DNA of 64,000 nt, from assembly GCA_964016885.1 (NCBI GenBank), contig OZ024740.1, positions 392,646,001 to 392,710,000 of the forward strand, written 5' to 3'. The notes under the pieces are model-generated. The model saw only the letters and a list, made by a program, of their open reading frames with translations, was not told the DNA's origin and searched no databases. This DNA comes from Eledone cirrhosa. Taxonomy: Eukaryota. Made by a program: the position numbers and the translations under genes. The first letter of the stretch is position 1, and each line of letters begins with the position of its first letter. Shown here in pieces: positions 12,993-28,495 of the stretch.

Positions 12993-14982
12993 TATAGGGA
13001 AGATGGTGGGTTGTATGAATGTAACAAGGAGGCTTTGTTTGTGTGTATAATATTTAATTAACAATCATGGATATATATAGAACAGTATAGTTGACATGTC
13101 AAAGAAATAGATGATAGAATGAAACAAAGTTAGTAGTTACCGTTTTGATTGCCAGGCAAAGCGAGACGCCTGGCGAAGGCCAGGCGCCGGAAGGGCAAAT
13201 GAGAGGGTGAGAGCCGAAGGCTATTCGTTTTATAGGGCTCTGCCGGAAGTTACAGAAAGGGTTCTACTTCCCGTCTAGATGTTGTTATTCTATTGGGGTT
13301 GTGAGTCACAACAAGGGAGACAACCGCTACACAACCTCCCTCCAGAATTTTAGAATATAAAAATCGCATGAAATATGTAGCAAGTTCGCGAGAATGTTGT
13401 AACAGGCATGAACATTACGACAAAAGAATGTTTGCAAAAATCAATGATAGATATCAAGGTAGCCAACCGCTCTTGGCCAGAGAACGACTGGACATCTATC
13501 TATCCATCACCCAAAGATACAATGTAATAAAGTAAGAGAAGAGCTCAAAGTTCAAATGTACAAAATATAGTTCACAGGTGTGCAATCACATGACAGCAGG
13601 AAAGAAAGTGTGTTCCAGAGAATGAATGCAGGTGGTTTCTGTTCTGTGGTATATCGTGAAATTTCCAACCTCCGAATGGATTTTCTCACAGGAAGAGTGC
13701 TGCAAAAATAAATTCTCTGGCTTGTTCTGCTGGTTTTGGTTGTTTGTGAAGCTGTGTTGCTGTCTCGCGGAGTGAGCGTATTCAGTGTTTAAATTCACAG
13801 TAAAAAAATTTTTTTCAGAAAAAAAAATGAGTTGCGCAAAGTGCTAGAAATAACAGTCGAAGTTGATGGTCGATGTTGAGAATGCGTTGACCTGGAAGGG
13901 TCAAGAGGCCAGCGACCAAAGAAATAAGCATTCTGAATAAATGCGCAGTTTTCAACGGCAAATTTACGTGGTAAATTTTTAAACCGGCAAATAGGAGAAT
14001 ATAGCTTAAGGCTGAAGAATCCTTGGCGAGAAACGTTATCTCTGGCGTGCGGCTATCTCTGTGAGTCGAGATATCTCTGTGAGTCGAGAATTTGTGTTGC
14101 CCACACGTGCCAACACAAGGTTAAGCTAGGTTGAAAAAATAATATTTCTAACGCGCGAGAAAATGATAGTACAAGTGTGAAAGTGACAATGATGAAAAAG
14201 AAAGGCTTCACTTAGCATAATTAGTGGTGTGAACTTTTGAAAAAAAAACTTGAACGATGAAGAAAACGATGAAAAAAAGAAAGGCTGGTTCATCGAAAAT
14301 AAATGTTCCTGTTGAAATGTTTTTTAAAAAATATCAAATTTCTTTTTTTTTTTTTTTGTTTGTTTTGAAAGTGTTCGTTGTAAGAAACGAGAAACATATA
14401 TATATATCGTGAAATGCGACAGTTAGTTGATGCGTGAGAGAAAAAGTCTGTCTGTGCGAAAATTTCACATGTGCGTGGTGTGTTCGTTTCTTTTACTGAG
14501 TATTTTCATAGTTTGTCAATAAATTTGCTGTGTATTCGTAATGCTACTCACACAACGCCAGATTGTGCTATTTTTTTCTTTTTTCGGGGTGACCACTTAT
14601 GGCGATGAACGGCTGCGTGTTCGTATCACGTCAGTGTTACCAATTTAGGGAAGATGGTGGGTTGTATGAATGTAACAAGGAGGCTTTGTTTGTGTGTATA
14701 ATATTTAATTAACAATCATGGATATATATAGAACAGTATAGTTGACATGTCAAAGAAATAGATGATAGAATGAAACAAAGTTAGTAGTTACCGTTTTGAT
14801 TGCCAGGCAAAGCGAGACGCCTGGTGAAGGCCAGGCGCCGGAAAGGCAAATGAGAGGGAGAGAGCCGAAGGCTATTCGTTTTATAGGGCTCTGCCGGAAG
14901 TTACAGAAAGGGTTCTACTTCCCGTCTAGATGTTGTTAATCTATTGGGGTTGTGAGTCACAACAAGGGAGACAACCGCTACA
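12993..14982 (-). mobile_element. Non-coding LTR retroelement (TRIM/LARD-like, Gypsy-type ends)
   Basis: 339-bp direct repeats 12993-13331 and 14644-14982 with about 5 differences; 4-bp TSD ACTA; tRNA-Trp PBS ending at 14642; purine tract GGAGGGAGG next to the 3' LTR; no gag/pol ORF. Confidence 0.92.
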
Positions 14983-15016
14983 ACTAGTTGAAAATATTTA
15001 TACTTTCATTATTTTA

Positions 15017-15100
15017 CTAGCTCTTTATGGTCTGAGTTCAAATCCCGCCGAGGTTAACTTTGCCTTTCGTCCTTACGGGGGTCGATAAAATAAAGTACAC
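15017..15100 (+). mobile_element. Partial tRNA-headed SINE
   Basis: CTGAGTTCAAATCCCGCCGAGGTTAACTTTGCCTTTC... Confidence 0.75.
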
Positions 15101-16289
15101 TACACAATACTTGTAATTTGTAAAAGTAGTTTTAATTTAAAAGGATACGAGAAACGCCACTATCGCTTTGCGGAATAATGTAATACAGTTTTGGTCGTTT
15201 CAGTTATCTAAAAATGCATCTTTCACGAAAATTTCATTAAGATTTACTCCCTGTTTCTCTATCAGTTCTGCGTCATTCCTTTTATGATATCATCTCTGAA
15301 TTGTAACAACACCATTGCACCACTTCACCGTGAAAGTGCTGTTAGTAATCTGCCATGAGATAACAGGCAAAGGACAGGCTGACCCAAACTACAAGAATCT
15401 ACATTTATCACTTATTAACAGCAGACAGCTGAACTTGTAGATCACCAATGTTGTAACGATAGTTTTAAACAAGACTATTATACATTTATATTGCTACTGC
15501 TGAAAGCTATTTGACAATGCTTTTCAATCTACACCTGCACACTTGTTTGTTGTGGGCGCCTGGATATGATAACAAACGCGAATGTACTACTTTATAAAAT
15601 TTGGCTACATGAACTTTCTCCTTGACCGTTCGAAGATGTCTGTTATTACCACTTCAAACTCGAATCTGTTCAAGCTAGGAGTAATCTTAGTAACTTGACT
15701 GTCGTCTGTTTCGGAGATGAGCTTTCCAGTTGTTCGGTCAATGGGAACTTCATACTTGTAAGGTGGCAGTTTATTAAAAAAAACACGTGTACTCTTAACA
15801 TAATTCTCAGGGAGATTCAGTGCGGCATATTGTGTGGAAATACCTGTACAATGCAGCCATATGGGCTTCTAAACAATATCCATCTACGCAATTTCATTCA
15901 CAAAACTTGAGTCGACTGATGCTATGGTAAAAGACTACTTCCCAAGATGTTATGCAGTGGGACCGAACTACACTTAACTCATTCATAAGAAATTTACAAA
16001 TTAAAAATATTTCGACTTAAAATTTTTACCAAGCTCATATATCATCTGGAAGTAAAAGGCTTCAAGCGACAAATAATGAAATAGACGAAACATTATAATA
16101 GAACTGCAGAGAGATATTTTGAATAACCTACAGCTGAGAAAATGATACGCTATGAACTGCTTCGAGTCATTATCTGTAAATGTGGTAACGGATTAGCCTT
16201 ATGCACGACCCATAAACCTTGTTACATTCAGAACAAAAGTGCTAATGGTGTGTGCACGCGCGTGTGTATGGGGGTTTGATGGTGGCGGG

Positions 16290-17570
16290 GGTGGCTTGAG
16301 TGCGACGGTATAAGGCGTCTTCGGTTGGAGACCAGTTGCTCCGTGTGACCCCTCTCGAAGTTTGTGGTGCTTTCGTTGGAGATATTCCGCCATTGAACAC
16401 AGTACTAGTTTGTGTTTCCAATAATGCTGGGTCGATCTGACACGGCTTCAGGATGACTTTGAGGACCTCTTGGTTCCGCTTACACTTCGCATCACATGAC
16501 TAGCACCTCTTTTTCAGCTGTTTGAATAGAAGAGCCTTGGTGCTGCATCGTCACCGGATCTCAATACTGGTGTCCTTGTCATTCCAGGTGTCCCGGAGGA
16601 TCTTCTTGAAGCAGAACACGTGGAACTGCTCCAGCCTTCCAAGATGTAAGCGTACACAGTTCATGTCTCACAGTTATAAAAGAGGGTGGAAAGAACCCCA
16701 GTAAAGTAGCTTTGAATCTTAGTGATAAGTAGAGCACCACGTTCTATCCACAAGTAGTACTGTAGATGTGAAAATGGCTCCCCATCCTGGCTGGTGTGTA
16801 CCGAAACGCCACCACCTACTTGTAATTCTGTGAGACCGCACTACCGGGAGGAGGAGGGGCTGAATTGTCCCTGGCCTTGAGTGGTTAATTATTGATGGTG
16901 ATGACTGGTAGAAAGTTTGGCGGAGTATATCAGTCTTCTTTAGACCAACGGTCATTCTCTACAAGGTAGTGGCTGTGGCAAACCCACCAATGATACTCTG
17001 AGAATCTTCTAGACGAGATGATCATGTAGTAAGGTCTACATACTTCTCCGAACAAATTTGAAAACCTTATTGAAATAAACAATCACCCTTTAGAAGTCTC
17101 GGCTTTCCCCCATACACTTTTCTTGGACCTGTCTTGGGCCAAACAACATTTCAAATATGCCACTCAAGGCTCGAAGTTCATATTGATTTTCGGTCTGATG
17201 TCAACGATATAGTGTAGGAGATGGTTGGTGAGGACATAGCCGATGAATTTTCCTAGTTATAAAAACAGTGAGATGCTTCGATGATTGTCGCAGTGGAATC
17301 CGTTCTTCTTGTACTTATAGAGATGAGTTATCGTCACATCTCAAAATTACTGATGGACTGATTACAAATTACAAATGGCAACAAATAACTGAGTACGACT
17401 TTTAATGATAATATTCCCTCTATATTTGTACCCTTCAGAAGGTATGCCGTCTGCACAAGGTGATTTCTTACTAGAAATCTGTGAGGTGTCTTTTATGATT
17501 TCATTGATAGTCGGGAGCTTGTTCAGCTTGCCAATGATAAGACACCACATAACATGTGTGTAGTTCAATA
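16290..17570 (-). mobile_element. Highly degenerate RTE-clade LINE fragments
   Basis: KKSPCADGIPSEGYKYRG motif (ORF 17362-17568) and RTE-like C-terminal remnants near 16300-16650. Confidence 0.6.
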
Positions 17571-17940
17571 AACTGGTAGAAAATATGAAGGATTATATAG
17601 TCAGGGAGAGAAATTCGATTAATTCTGTCAACAAATGCTATTAATGAATCGAAACTGAAGGTATCAATTTGGTGTTATAGCTTATGAAGAGACATGGACT
17701 AGCAATGGAAAAGAAAACATGAATAGCACAACAAATGCCCAAAGGTAATGTAAACAAAATAATTGAATTTCAGAGCAAGAAAAAATGAGTGACTGCCAAC
17801 ATTGCCAGAAAGGAAACAGGAATGAAGTGAAATTAATATTTGGTGTTGTATTAAATATGATAATGGAAGTTAAAGGAACAAAAACCGCAACCTTTAAAAA
17901 CGTTTGGATATAATCCAATGAAACTGGGAGGGGGGGGGGT

Positions 17941-18044
17941 CTTCTTCTTCTTCTTCTTCTTCTTCTTCTTCTTCTTCTTCTTCTTCTTCTTCTTCTTCTT
18001 CTTCTTCTTCTTCTTCTTCTTCTTCTTCTTCTTCTTCTTCTTCT
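17941..18044. repeat. (CTT)n microsatellite
   Basis: Direct reading. Confidence 0.98.
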
Positions 18045-18589
18045 ACCATCATGTTCGTGATCATCCTCTGGGTCTCTTTTGCCCGTGAAAAGTACTACCA
18101 GAAAGTACCACCAGAAATTACTACCAGAAAGTACTACCAGAAAGTACTATCAGAAGCAACCGTCTTCAAATGATCCGACTGGGTCTCCAAGTGAGACCAA
18201 CCTAGCTCATATATCTTATCCAACCATTTTGCTCGTTGTCAATCTCTGGGTCTCTTTTACCCGTAAAAGCTCTCCAGCGACTCTTTCTTTCTACATTTCG
18301 GCCGCTTGTATTCCCGATTGTATTTTTTCGGTCATTACCCAAGATTCATGACCATTGGTAAGGGTATGCACGAATACTGAATTAAAGATAACGAGTTCTG
18401 CTTAAACCTACCTCTCCTGAAAAGTCTATGCTAAATGTCTGGTAAAGAGATGTAGACAGATCGTGGTTTTGAAACGAACCTCTTAACCACGCAGCAACGT
18501 CCACGCCGCCTATATTGCTATTTGAAATTTTGAATTTTGTTTGGATTTATAATAATGGAATGTTGACATGAGAAGTCCTTATAATACGA

Positions 18590-18798
18590 AAGAGAAAGAA
18601 AGGGACAGAGACAAAAAGACAAAAAGAAAGAGACACAGAAAGAAAGAGATAGAAAGAGAGAGAGATAGAAAGAGAGAGATAGAGAGAGAAAGAGAGAGAG
18701 GTAGAAAGAGATAGATAGATAGATATATAGATAGATAGATAGAGAGAGAGAGAGATAGAAAGAGAGAGAGGGATAGAAAGAAAAAGAGATAGATAGAT

Positions 18799-18879
<81 letters not shown>

Positions 18880-18910
18880 AAAAGAGAGAGATAGAAAGAG
18901 AGAGATAAAT
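18590..18910. repeat. (GA)n/(GATA)n compound purine tract
   Basis: Direct reading. Confidence 0.95.
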
Positions 18911-19469
18911 GAGTGAGAGGTGGTGAAAATAGAAATAGAGAAATACTAAGAGTGTTTGTATTGCATTGTTATTGATGTGTTTCAGAAATCAGGCATAAAT
19001 GTCATTATTTCATTTTTATTTATATTGTTCTATCTCTACAAACATCTCTCACGCTTCATAGATAATTATCAGAATTATAATTCATCAGAGCTTTAGTACT
19101 GGCAGAAAAACAACTGCTAGACTATTAGTGCATATCGCATAGCGTTGAGCGTATTTAATTTTCTTGAAGTCCAGAATTAGCATGCCATATAGATCTGGAT
19201 TATGAACAATCATACAGACTGAGAAATTTGCGACTTGATAAATTAATGGCTTGCGTTAGAGAAACCCTATAATTTATGTTGATTTCGTAAAGTGATTAGA
19301 GATAAGAATGATATTTTAGTAAAACCACAATTAATTATGTAATATAATCATATTTACAATTAAAAAATACTAATATTTAAATGAAACAAAAATAAGAAAA
19401 GGGAAAGAATAAAAATAAAAATAAATTAAGCAGCGAAAGAAAGGGAGGGAGAGAGGGACAAACTCTACA

Positions 19470-20285
19470 CCCCAGTCAGAGCGGTGATTCAGTCGTGTGC
19501 CCCACAAACAGAATGCCACGGAGAATGGACAGCGTCATTCGCTGAAACAGCCACCCTACCTCGAATAGCTCCTTCTTCAGGTAGGCTGCTGTCTTCCGAT
19601 TTTGTGGAGAAATCAGCAGTGCAGGACTAAGGACACTAGACGGTGGCCGGTACGAAAAAGAAGCATTCGGTCAAGGTCTGATGTTTGTTTATCTTCCTCT
19701 GCATTGTGGGTGGTGATGCCCGGGTTTGCGGCCGAAGCAACAAGGTTGAAGGCAGAGAACGAGTTACAACACATTGAATGGGAAGAGGCTTACTCTGTCG
19801 TGGCGCTTTCCATCGGCTAGGTCGAGTCCAGCTGGTTCCAGTTCTGACGGAAAGCCGACCGCATCAAGGCCCTCTTGATGTCATTCAGAGGGGTGTGTCT
19901 GAGGAACCGACCTACGCTAAGTTGGCATTGTAGCGGGTGCAGGCCGAACTCGTCAACAACAACTCTACAACGGCATTTTTGTGGCCCGCACACACGGAGG
20001 CCGTGGTGCTGGGCTGCTCCAATGCGAGTGCCCTCATCATCAAGAATGGTACCAGTTTTTGAGGAAGGCACTGAATTGAGCTACGTGCTGCTGTTTGGTT
20101 GTGAGGCACAGAGAAGACATGCAAGACAGTATTGATCCAAGGAAGACGCAATCCGCCTGAAGGAACACCTGTACTTGAAGTCGTCTCAGTTACGTTGGAC
20201 ATCCGTATATTGGAGGACGGCGAGACCTTTCTTGATTTAGTCGGCCAGAGCTGACTTCAGTTCCCAAGCCACATCAGGTTCCTAG
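19470..20285 (-). mobile_element. Degenerate CRE-like RLE non-LTR retrotransposon 3' fragment
   Basis: GLRVCGPQKCRCRVVVDEFGLHPLQCQLSVGRFLRHTPLNDIKRAL zinc-knuckle/RH motif typical of the CRE clade. Confidence 0.7.
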
Positions 20286-20398
20286 TAATTAGAAAGCGAA
20301 CGTCATATTGTATTGTAGCAACATGATTGAGATAGTAAATTCATTGTATGTATGTGGGTATGTATGTGTATGTGTGTATATGTTTGTGTTTGTTAATG

Positions 20399-20481
<83 letters not shown>

Positions 20482-20484
<3 letters not shown>

Positions 20485-20630
20485 TTATTAAAAGGGTGAA
20501 AGCAGCGATTCTTTGCTTAAACTTTAATCTGTTATTTTAATAAATATTTGCTCTACGGTTCTTATATATTTGATATATATTTATCCTTATCGAGCCCTCT
20601 TTGGATTTTAGTCTTCAAATTTATTATTAT

Positions 20631-20634
<4 letters not shown>
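20482..20634 (+). mobile_element. CAGAAGA-family PLE tail with a 12-nt inverted 5' stub
   Basis: Reverse complement of ~39571-39695; stub TATTTATTAAAA 20482-20493. Confidence 0.8.
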
Positions 20635-20664
<30 letters not shown>

Positions 20665-20666
<2 letters not shown>

Positions 20667-23328
20667 TGGGCATGATACGACGGACTAATGATTTCATCCG
20701 CAGGGTCCGATGGAAAGCTTACCATTTCGATAAGGGACCGAATACCAACGCAAAGGAATTTTCTAAGGAAAATTACGGGTTTAAATCCTGCAAAAACCCG
20801 CCAAACAACCCCGCACTCGATGCCTTCGAGTTGGACCTTATGAACATGATAAGTGAAACTAAATTTAAAAAAGGAACAAATCACAACAAATTACAAAATG
20901 ACTTAAATACACTACTAAAAAAACTAAAAGACACTAACGGTATCATAGTAAAAGCAGACAAAACATCAAACGTATACTCTATGGACATTAACACATACAA
21001 TAGCTTTATCCAGCGTGAACTACATAAAAAATATAAAAAAACAAATTAATCTACACTCACCAGCATTAACGTGGAGGGCCTCAAGATAGTTAATAAACTC
21101 GGAATTCCAGATAGGACCGAACCGCTAACCCCGTGCAACCCAACATTTAACCTGAAGGATCACAAAAATAACTTTGAAACTAACCCCACCATTAGATTAA
21201 TATGCCCATCCAAGTCAGACATAGGTAAAATTAGCAAGAACATTCTAGATAGGGTAATCGCACAAATAAAGGGTAAACTAGAAATCAATTTATGGGGCAA
21301 CACTAACGAGGCAATTAAATGGTTCAATAAAATACAAAATAGGGAGACGTGTAACTTCATACAATTTGATATAGACGACTACTATGCATCCATATCTCCA
21401 GCTACCCTAGATAAGGCGCTTATATTTGCCCAAAATAACTCTGATCTTACCCACGATGAAATTGAAATAATAATAGCGGCTAGAAGGACTATCATAAAAT
21501 TTGAAAATAGCTACTGGGTAAGAAAAGATAGGATAAATAGCTTCAATATAACAATGGGATCAAATGATTCTGCGCAAATCACAGATATCGTGGGGCTATT
21601 CATAGCACACAACCTACATAAGGAATTCAGTAACCTCCAAGGAGGAATTTATAGGGACGACACGCTACTTATAGCTAGGAACCTAAACAACCAGAGCATG
21701 GAAAGACTAAGAAAAAATATTAGAATATTCTTAAAAAAACTAGGCCTAAGTATTACCTACGAACTAAACCATAAGAAGGTAAACTTTCTAGATGTGACTC
21801 TAAATCTAAATACGGGATTAATAGAACCTTTCCACAAAAATAATGAAAATCTTGCCTACATTAGTTACAACTCAAACCACCCCAAATCCATAATTAGATC
21901 CATAGCACGTAGTATATCCCTCCGAATATCCCGCTTATCCTCTAACCTAGAAATCTTTAACGAGCATGCTGACTATTATAACGCAGCATTACGTAGGGCC
22001 GGTCATAAAGATAAACTGCAGTATATAGTGAATAAAGACAACGTAAACAATCCTAGTAACTACTACACCAACCGCTCACACAATAATAGAAATAGCTGGA
22101 CTAGACATAGGGTTAGACACGTAACACCTGGAGTAAACGGTCAAAACACTAATAACGTAAACTCAAGAAACAATAGAAGAAACAGACAAAAAAAATACCT
22201 ATGGTTCAACCCAATCTTCAACTCCTCTATAAAAACTAGACTGCCCTCTACATTCTTTAAACTAATAGATAAACACTTCCCTATCTCACATAGATATCAC
22301 AAAATACTCAATAGATTTACTATAAAACTCTCATACTCGACAGCAGCAAATATAAAATCACACATAAGCAGGATCAACCACAGAAATATCTGTAGTAAAT
22401 CAACCGCACCTATACATAACGTAGCACCAAATTATAAGCATAAACACATCACAGCATCACAACCGCAAGCGCATACAAACGCGCAGCAGCAAAACCCCAA
22501 TGGGCATATATCACAACCCACTTATAACAGAGTACTAAACAGGAATGTAGAAGCTGCACAAAATAGCGCCTCAAACTGTAACTGTCACCTACCAGATAGG
22601 TGTCCATTGGCGAACAGATGTCTCGATTCGAGCCTAGTATACATGTGCACGGTCATCTCGGATAACTCCACCTGGAATTACATAGGATCCACCGTGGGTT
22701 CTTTTAAAAAAAGATAGTATGTGCACAGGCACTCAATGAAAAACCGTGCACTTATGGGTTCCACAACCCTCGCCAAAAAAATATGGGAACTGAAGGACAG
22801 CAGCACTAACTACAGTATTAACTGGTCGAAGTTGTCGGCTGCTAAAACCTATAGTACAGGTATGTCCCACTGCGGGCTATGTGATCTAGAACTAATGTAT
22901 ATCCTCAAAAATGTAAAAAGGCTACTTAACAATAAGTTAGAAAGATCTATCTTCTGCAGACATAGAATTGCCACTAAATTCATAAGATTCAAACCTCCGT
23001 GAATCGAACCAACACAACATAGCTTTAAATTAGGATACCCACTACCCTGCATAAATCACCACAGAAATATACTCATTAAGTACACTCTAGCTTTCACAAG
23101 TCTATACCACACAAATGGCTGTAAGTACCTCATCAACCCACAAACTTATTCCTTCTCAGCTGCTGCCATCATTTGATCCTAAATCCAAGTATTTCTCAAA
23201 TCACTACTACAATGTAACTTTACCTTCCTTTTGCCATAATTACAATCAGCACGCTTATCTCTTTGCATGTATGTATATTTTTGTACGAGTGTATATTGAT
23301 GTGTATGTATGTGTCTATGTACACATGC

Positions 23329-23390
<62 letters not shown>

Positions 23391-23961
23391 ATATATGTGT
23401 GTGTGTGTGTGTGTATAAATATATGTGTATATTACCTCCTTAACCGCTGTATTAACTCGCCCACTATTTAGCTTTGACAGTGTTGTCCCATTCATGTATG
23501 TTATTGAAGATGAAAAGAAAGACTGTAAACACCGGCTTATCTTTAAAATTTAAAATTGATACAATACACACTACGATACTCTGTACATGCCAAACTTTTA
23601 CTTCTGCTTCATGTCAGCTAGTTTTACACGCCGAAATCTTAGATACACTATACCCCCCCCACCTTAGTAATGTCAGGGTCTCCTCAAATAATTTATTAAT
23701 AGCATTGTTGTAATTGTTGTTATTGTTCTAACTGAATGCCATTACTACTTCATATAGTAGCCTGTATATTCCTTTCATGCCTGTATATTCTCTTCATTCT
23801 CGCATGCTCCGAAGAACTGACTGGTTATAATTTTGTATTGGCGATCGAGTAACGTGAAAACAAGCGAATAGCGATCTCTAGACCTACCAGTTCAGAGAAA
23901 CAATTGTCAGCAATGAGATTAAAAACCTTTTTTGTATAGTAAACCATGTCAACCTTCTTTC

Positions 23962-23965
<4 letters not shown>
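20665..23965 (+). mobile_element. Naiad-type PLE, nearly complete ORF
   Basis: Frame 20672-23002 broken only by TAA (21047-21049) and TAG (22715-22717); [22 protein letters not shown]-x5-CPL-x3-CL, LVY..YIG; HHR in 3' UTR; (TA)n on both sides. Confidence 0.95.
23805..23912 (+). ncRNA. Hammerhead variant (core CCGAAGA) with long stem II
   Basis: TGCT CCGAAGA A CTGACTGGT...ACCAGTTCAG A GAAA CAATTG TC AGCA. Confidence 0.78.
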
Positions 23966-24518
<553 letters not shown>

Positions 24519-25309
24519 AAGTGCTAAAACATTCAAAAGTTAGTTTAGAACATTTATTTGCTGACAATTGTTTCTTGCCGAAGGAAATCTGGAATCATCG
24601 AAGCATAGGGAATGTTAAAACATGTGATTAAAATCCTAGTCATTCAGAACATTTAGGATACATAAGTGTTGTTAGTGTCATAGATATTATGTGGAGAATC
24701 AGGTGTTAAAAATATGTTATGCTTGAGAGAACAAGCACCACTGATTGAAAGTGTAAGAGGTATAGCAAAAAGTACAGGCAAAAAAGTTACAATCAAGGAA
24801 AAATGTGGGATAGGATAGATATATATATATCTTAGATAGAGCTGCAAAAGGCAATTAAGCTGCTTTACAAATATTTTCAACACATTAAAACCAACATTCG
24901 CTTTTCTTTTTCTATCTCTTGTTCACGTAAAAGTAATTACCTGCCTATCTCTCTTCTGCAGAGGGTCACCAGATACATTCATACCTCTTTCTCTCATTAG
25001 CCAGAGTGTGTGCTCCTCTTCCTGTATCCACCATTCAATATCTTGCAATACACCCTCCGTGCCCGCCCACCCTTTTCTGCAAACAGCAACATTCAGATGT
25101 TGAAAAAGAACACCGAGCGCAACAATCCCAGAGAATGATTGCAAAGGTTACAAGTACTTCCTCCTTTCTCTCACTAACTAATACAAAATTACTGCAAACC
25201 ATATTACGTTGATTGGAAGTTTCTAACTCCAAGGATATGAACAAATTATACATTAACATGAAAGATTTTGTAATGTAAATCTAATATTATGCAATACACA
25301 CGCAGACAT

Positions 25310-25376
<67 letters not shown>

Positions 25377-25401
25377 TGCTTACATACATACATACATGCG
25401 C

Positions 25402-25438
<37 letters not shown>

Positions 25439-25439
25439 T

Positions 25440-25715
25440 AAAAAACAAAAAACAAAGAATGCAGTACGAACAGTGTTGATATTAGGTTCACTCTTGAGAG
25501 TGAGGGGAGGGGACGTTTCGGGCATAGGCCTTTCATCAGGAGAAAGATGGGAAGGAAAAGAGTTCGAGGGGGTGTGAGGGGGACTAGTGGAAAGACATTA
25601 AAAAAGGGGGGGGGGATTAAAATGAAGGAAAAAAATTAAAATGAAAACAAGTAGTGAAAGGGTGTGCGGCGTGTAGAGGTGGTGGCTGGTACAGCAACGG
25701 AGTTAAATTTTATTT
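25440..25715 (-). mobile_element. Neptune-type PLE terminal fragment with minimal hammerhead (25508-25545)
   Basis: Minus strand CTGATGA AAGGC CTAT GCCC GAAAC GTC; similar to 43780-43935. Confidence 0.7.
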
Positions 25716-25941
25716 GATTAAAATAACAGGAGACCGGACTGGTGATGTCCCTAAAATATATATATGTGTTTTTTTCACAACAAAACTTTAAAGGGATATT
25801 ACCAGTTCGGCCTCTTCAATCAAATATACAACAGAATCTCCAACAACTTGGAAAGTCCTTTTACTGGTGTATCAAGGAAACTGGATAGCATCGAGCTTCT
25901 CTCATATTTATTAGGATCTACATTGGAGTACCCCAATATCA

Positions 25942-26020
<79 letters not shown>

Positions 26021-26026
26021 GTATAT

Positions 26027-26263
26027 ATATCACAAAAAATGTGCTTCGTAGAATCAAGACATGTCCTAGGACCTTGCGATTTTCAGAGTCACATCAGTCG
26101 TGCCTCGAGCTGGTCGCCAGAGAAACGATTGTATTATGTCCAATAAATTCCATACGTCGCAACACTGATTCTCTTTTTTTCTTGTGATATCATACTCTGC
26201 TCTATGAGAGCATCGAGTGCTCAAACGGCCTACCACATACGGACGCTTTAAGCATCCAACACC

Positions 26264-26268
<5 letters not shown>
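26027..26268 (+). mobile_element. PLE terminal fragment (3' half of HHR plus tail)
   Basis: CCAG A GAAAC GATT GTA, then ACTC TGCTCT ATG AGAGCA TC GAGT hairpin; (TA)n on both sides. Confidence 0.6.
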
Positions 26269-26305
<37 letters not shown>

Positions 26306-26341
26306 TTTCTGAATATTGGCAACACGGCCCTCCCAAAGTAT

Positions 26342-26430
<89 letters not shown>

Positions 26431-26434
<4 letters not shown>

Positions 26435-26597
26435 AAAAGTGTCAGGATCCCGACGGCTGAGATCCGGCCGTTTCGACAGCTAGATCCGGAGCTCAGCCAT
26501 CGGTCCTGGCTCTTTTCCTATTACCCATTCTACTACCTTAAGTATCGAGTACTCTGGTACGTTATGGTACACCTGGTATTTTACCACACCTTCTTTG

Positions 26598-26600
<3 letters not shown>
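26431..26600 (+). mobile_element. PLE terminal fragment with imperfect fold-back
   Basis: Homologous to 7198-7376; begins TAGGAAAAG, inverse of CTTTTCCTA at 26512-26520. Confidence 0.7.
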
Positions 26601-27864
<1,264 letters not shown>

Positions 27865-28018
27865 ATATAGCTATATGCAACCGGTACTAGCAGTAAAACT
27901 TATGCTTGTCCCGTCAACTTATTGTAATTCTTTTAATATATATATATTTTTTTTTAAGCGATCGACTTTCGTCAAATCGGACCGAGGAAACAATGTTTCC
28001 GTTGGTCTTTCCAGTTGC

Positions 28019-28094
<76 letters not shown>

Positions 28095-28100
<6 letters not shown>

Positions 28101-28480
28101 TAAAATAACAGATTAAAGTTTAAGCAAAGTACGCTGCTTTCACCCTGAACGGGATCTTCTGAAACTAACAAAGTCAAGCTGTAAACACAGAAGTGGATAT
28201 TTCAAAAAACGTTGCAACAGGAAAAAACGAATATAATACGTCATTAATAGGAGCGGTGAAAAACAATTACACGCAAAGACAGAATCATATATATAGAACC
28301 ATATATAACAAGCGCACACACATACCTAATTGTAAATACACAAATGTTCGGAGACGTACGTCAACCAAAACACGAAGTACACATATACACACATTCTACC
28401 GTTCTTATATATTTGATATATATTTATCCTTATCGAGCCCTCTTTGGATTTCAGTCTCCAAATTTATTATTATTACTATT
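28095..28480. mobile_element. CAGAAGA-family PLE end: inverted, internally deleted part (~28095-28392) plus forward tail
   Basis: Homology to 39571-40395. Confidence 0.82.
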
Positions 28481-28495
28481 ATTATTATTATTATT

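Noticed and set aside
18088-18156. Short tandem GAAAGTACTACCA repeats as a CRISPR-like array
   Set aside because: 13-bp minisatellite with no spacers and no cas genes in a eukaryotic context
20672-23002. Selenocysteine recoding, as described for some Naiad elements
   Set aside because: In-frame stops are TAA and TAG, not TGA, and the linker cysteines are ordinary codons; the same holds for the stops I checked in 794-3155
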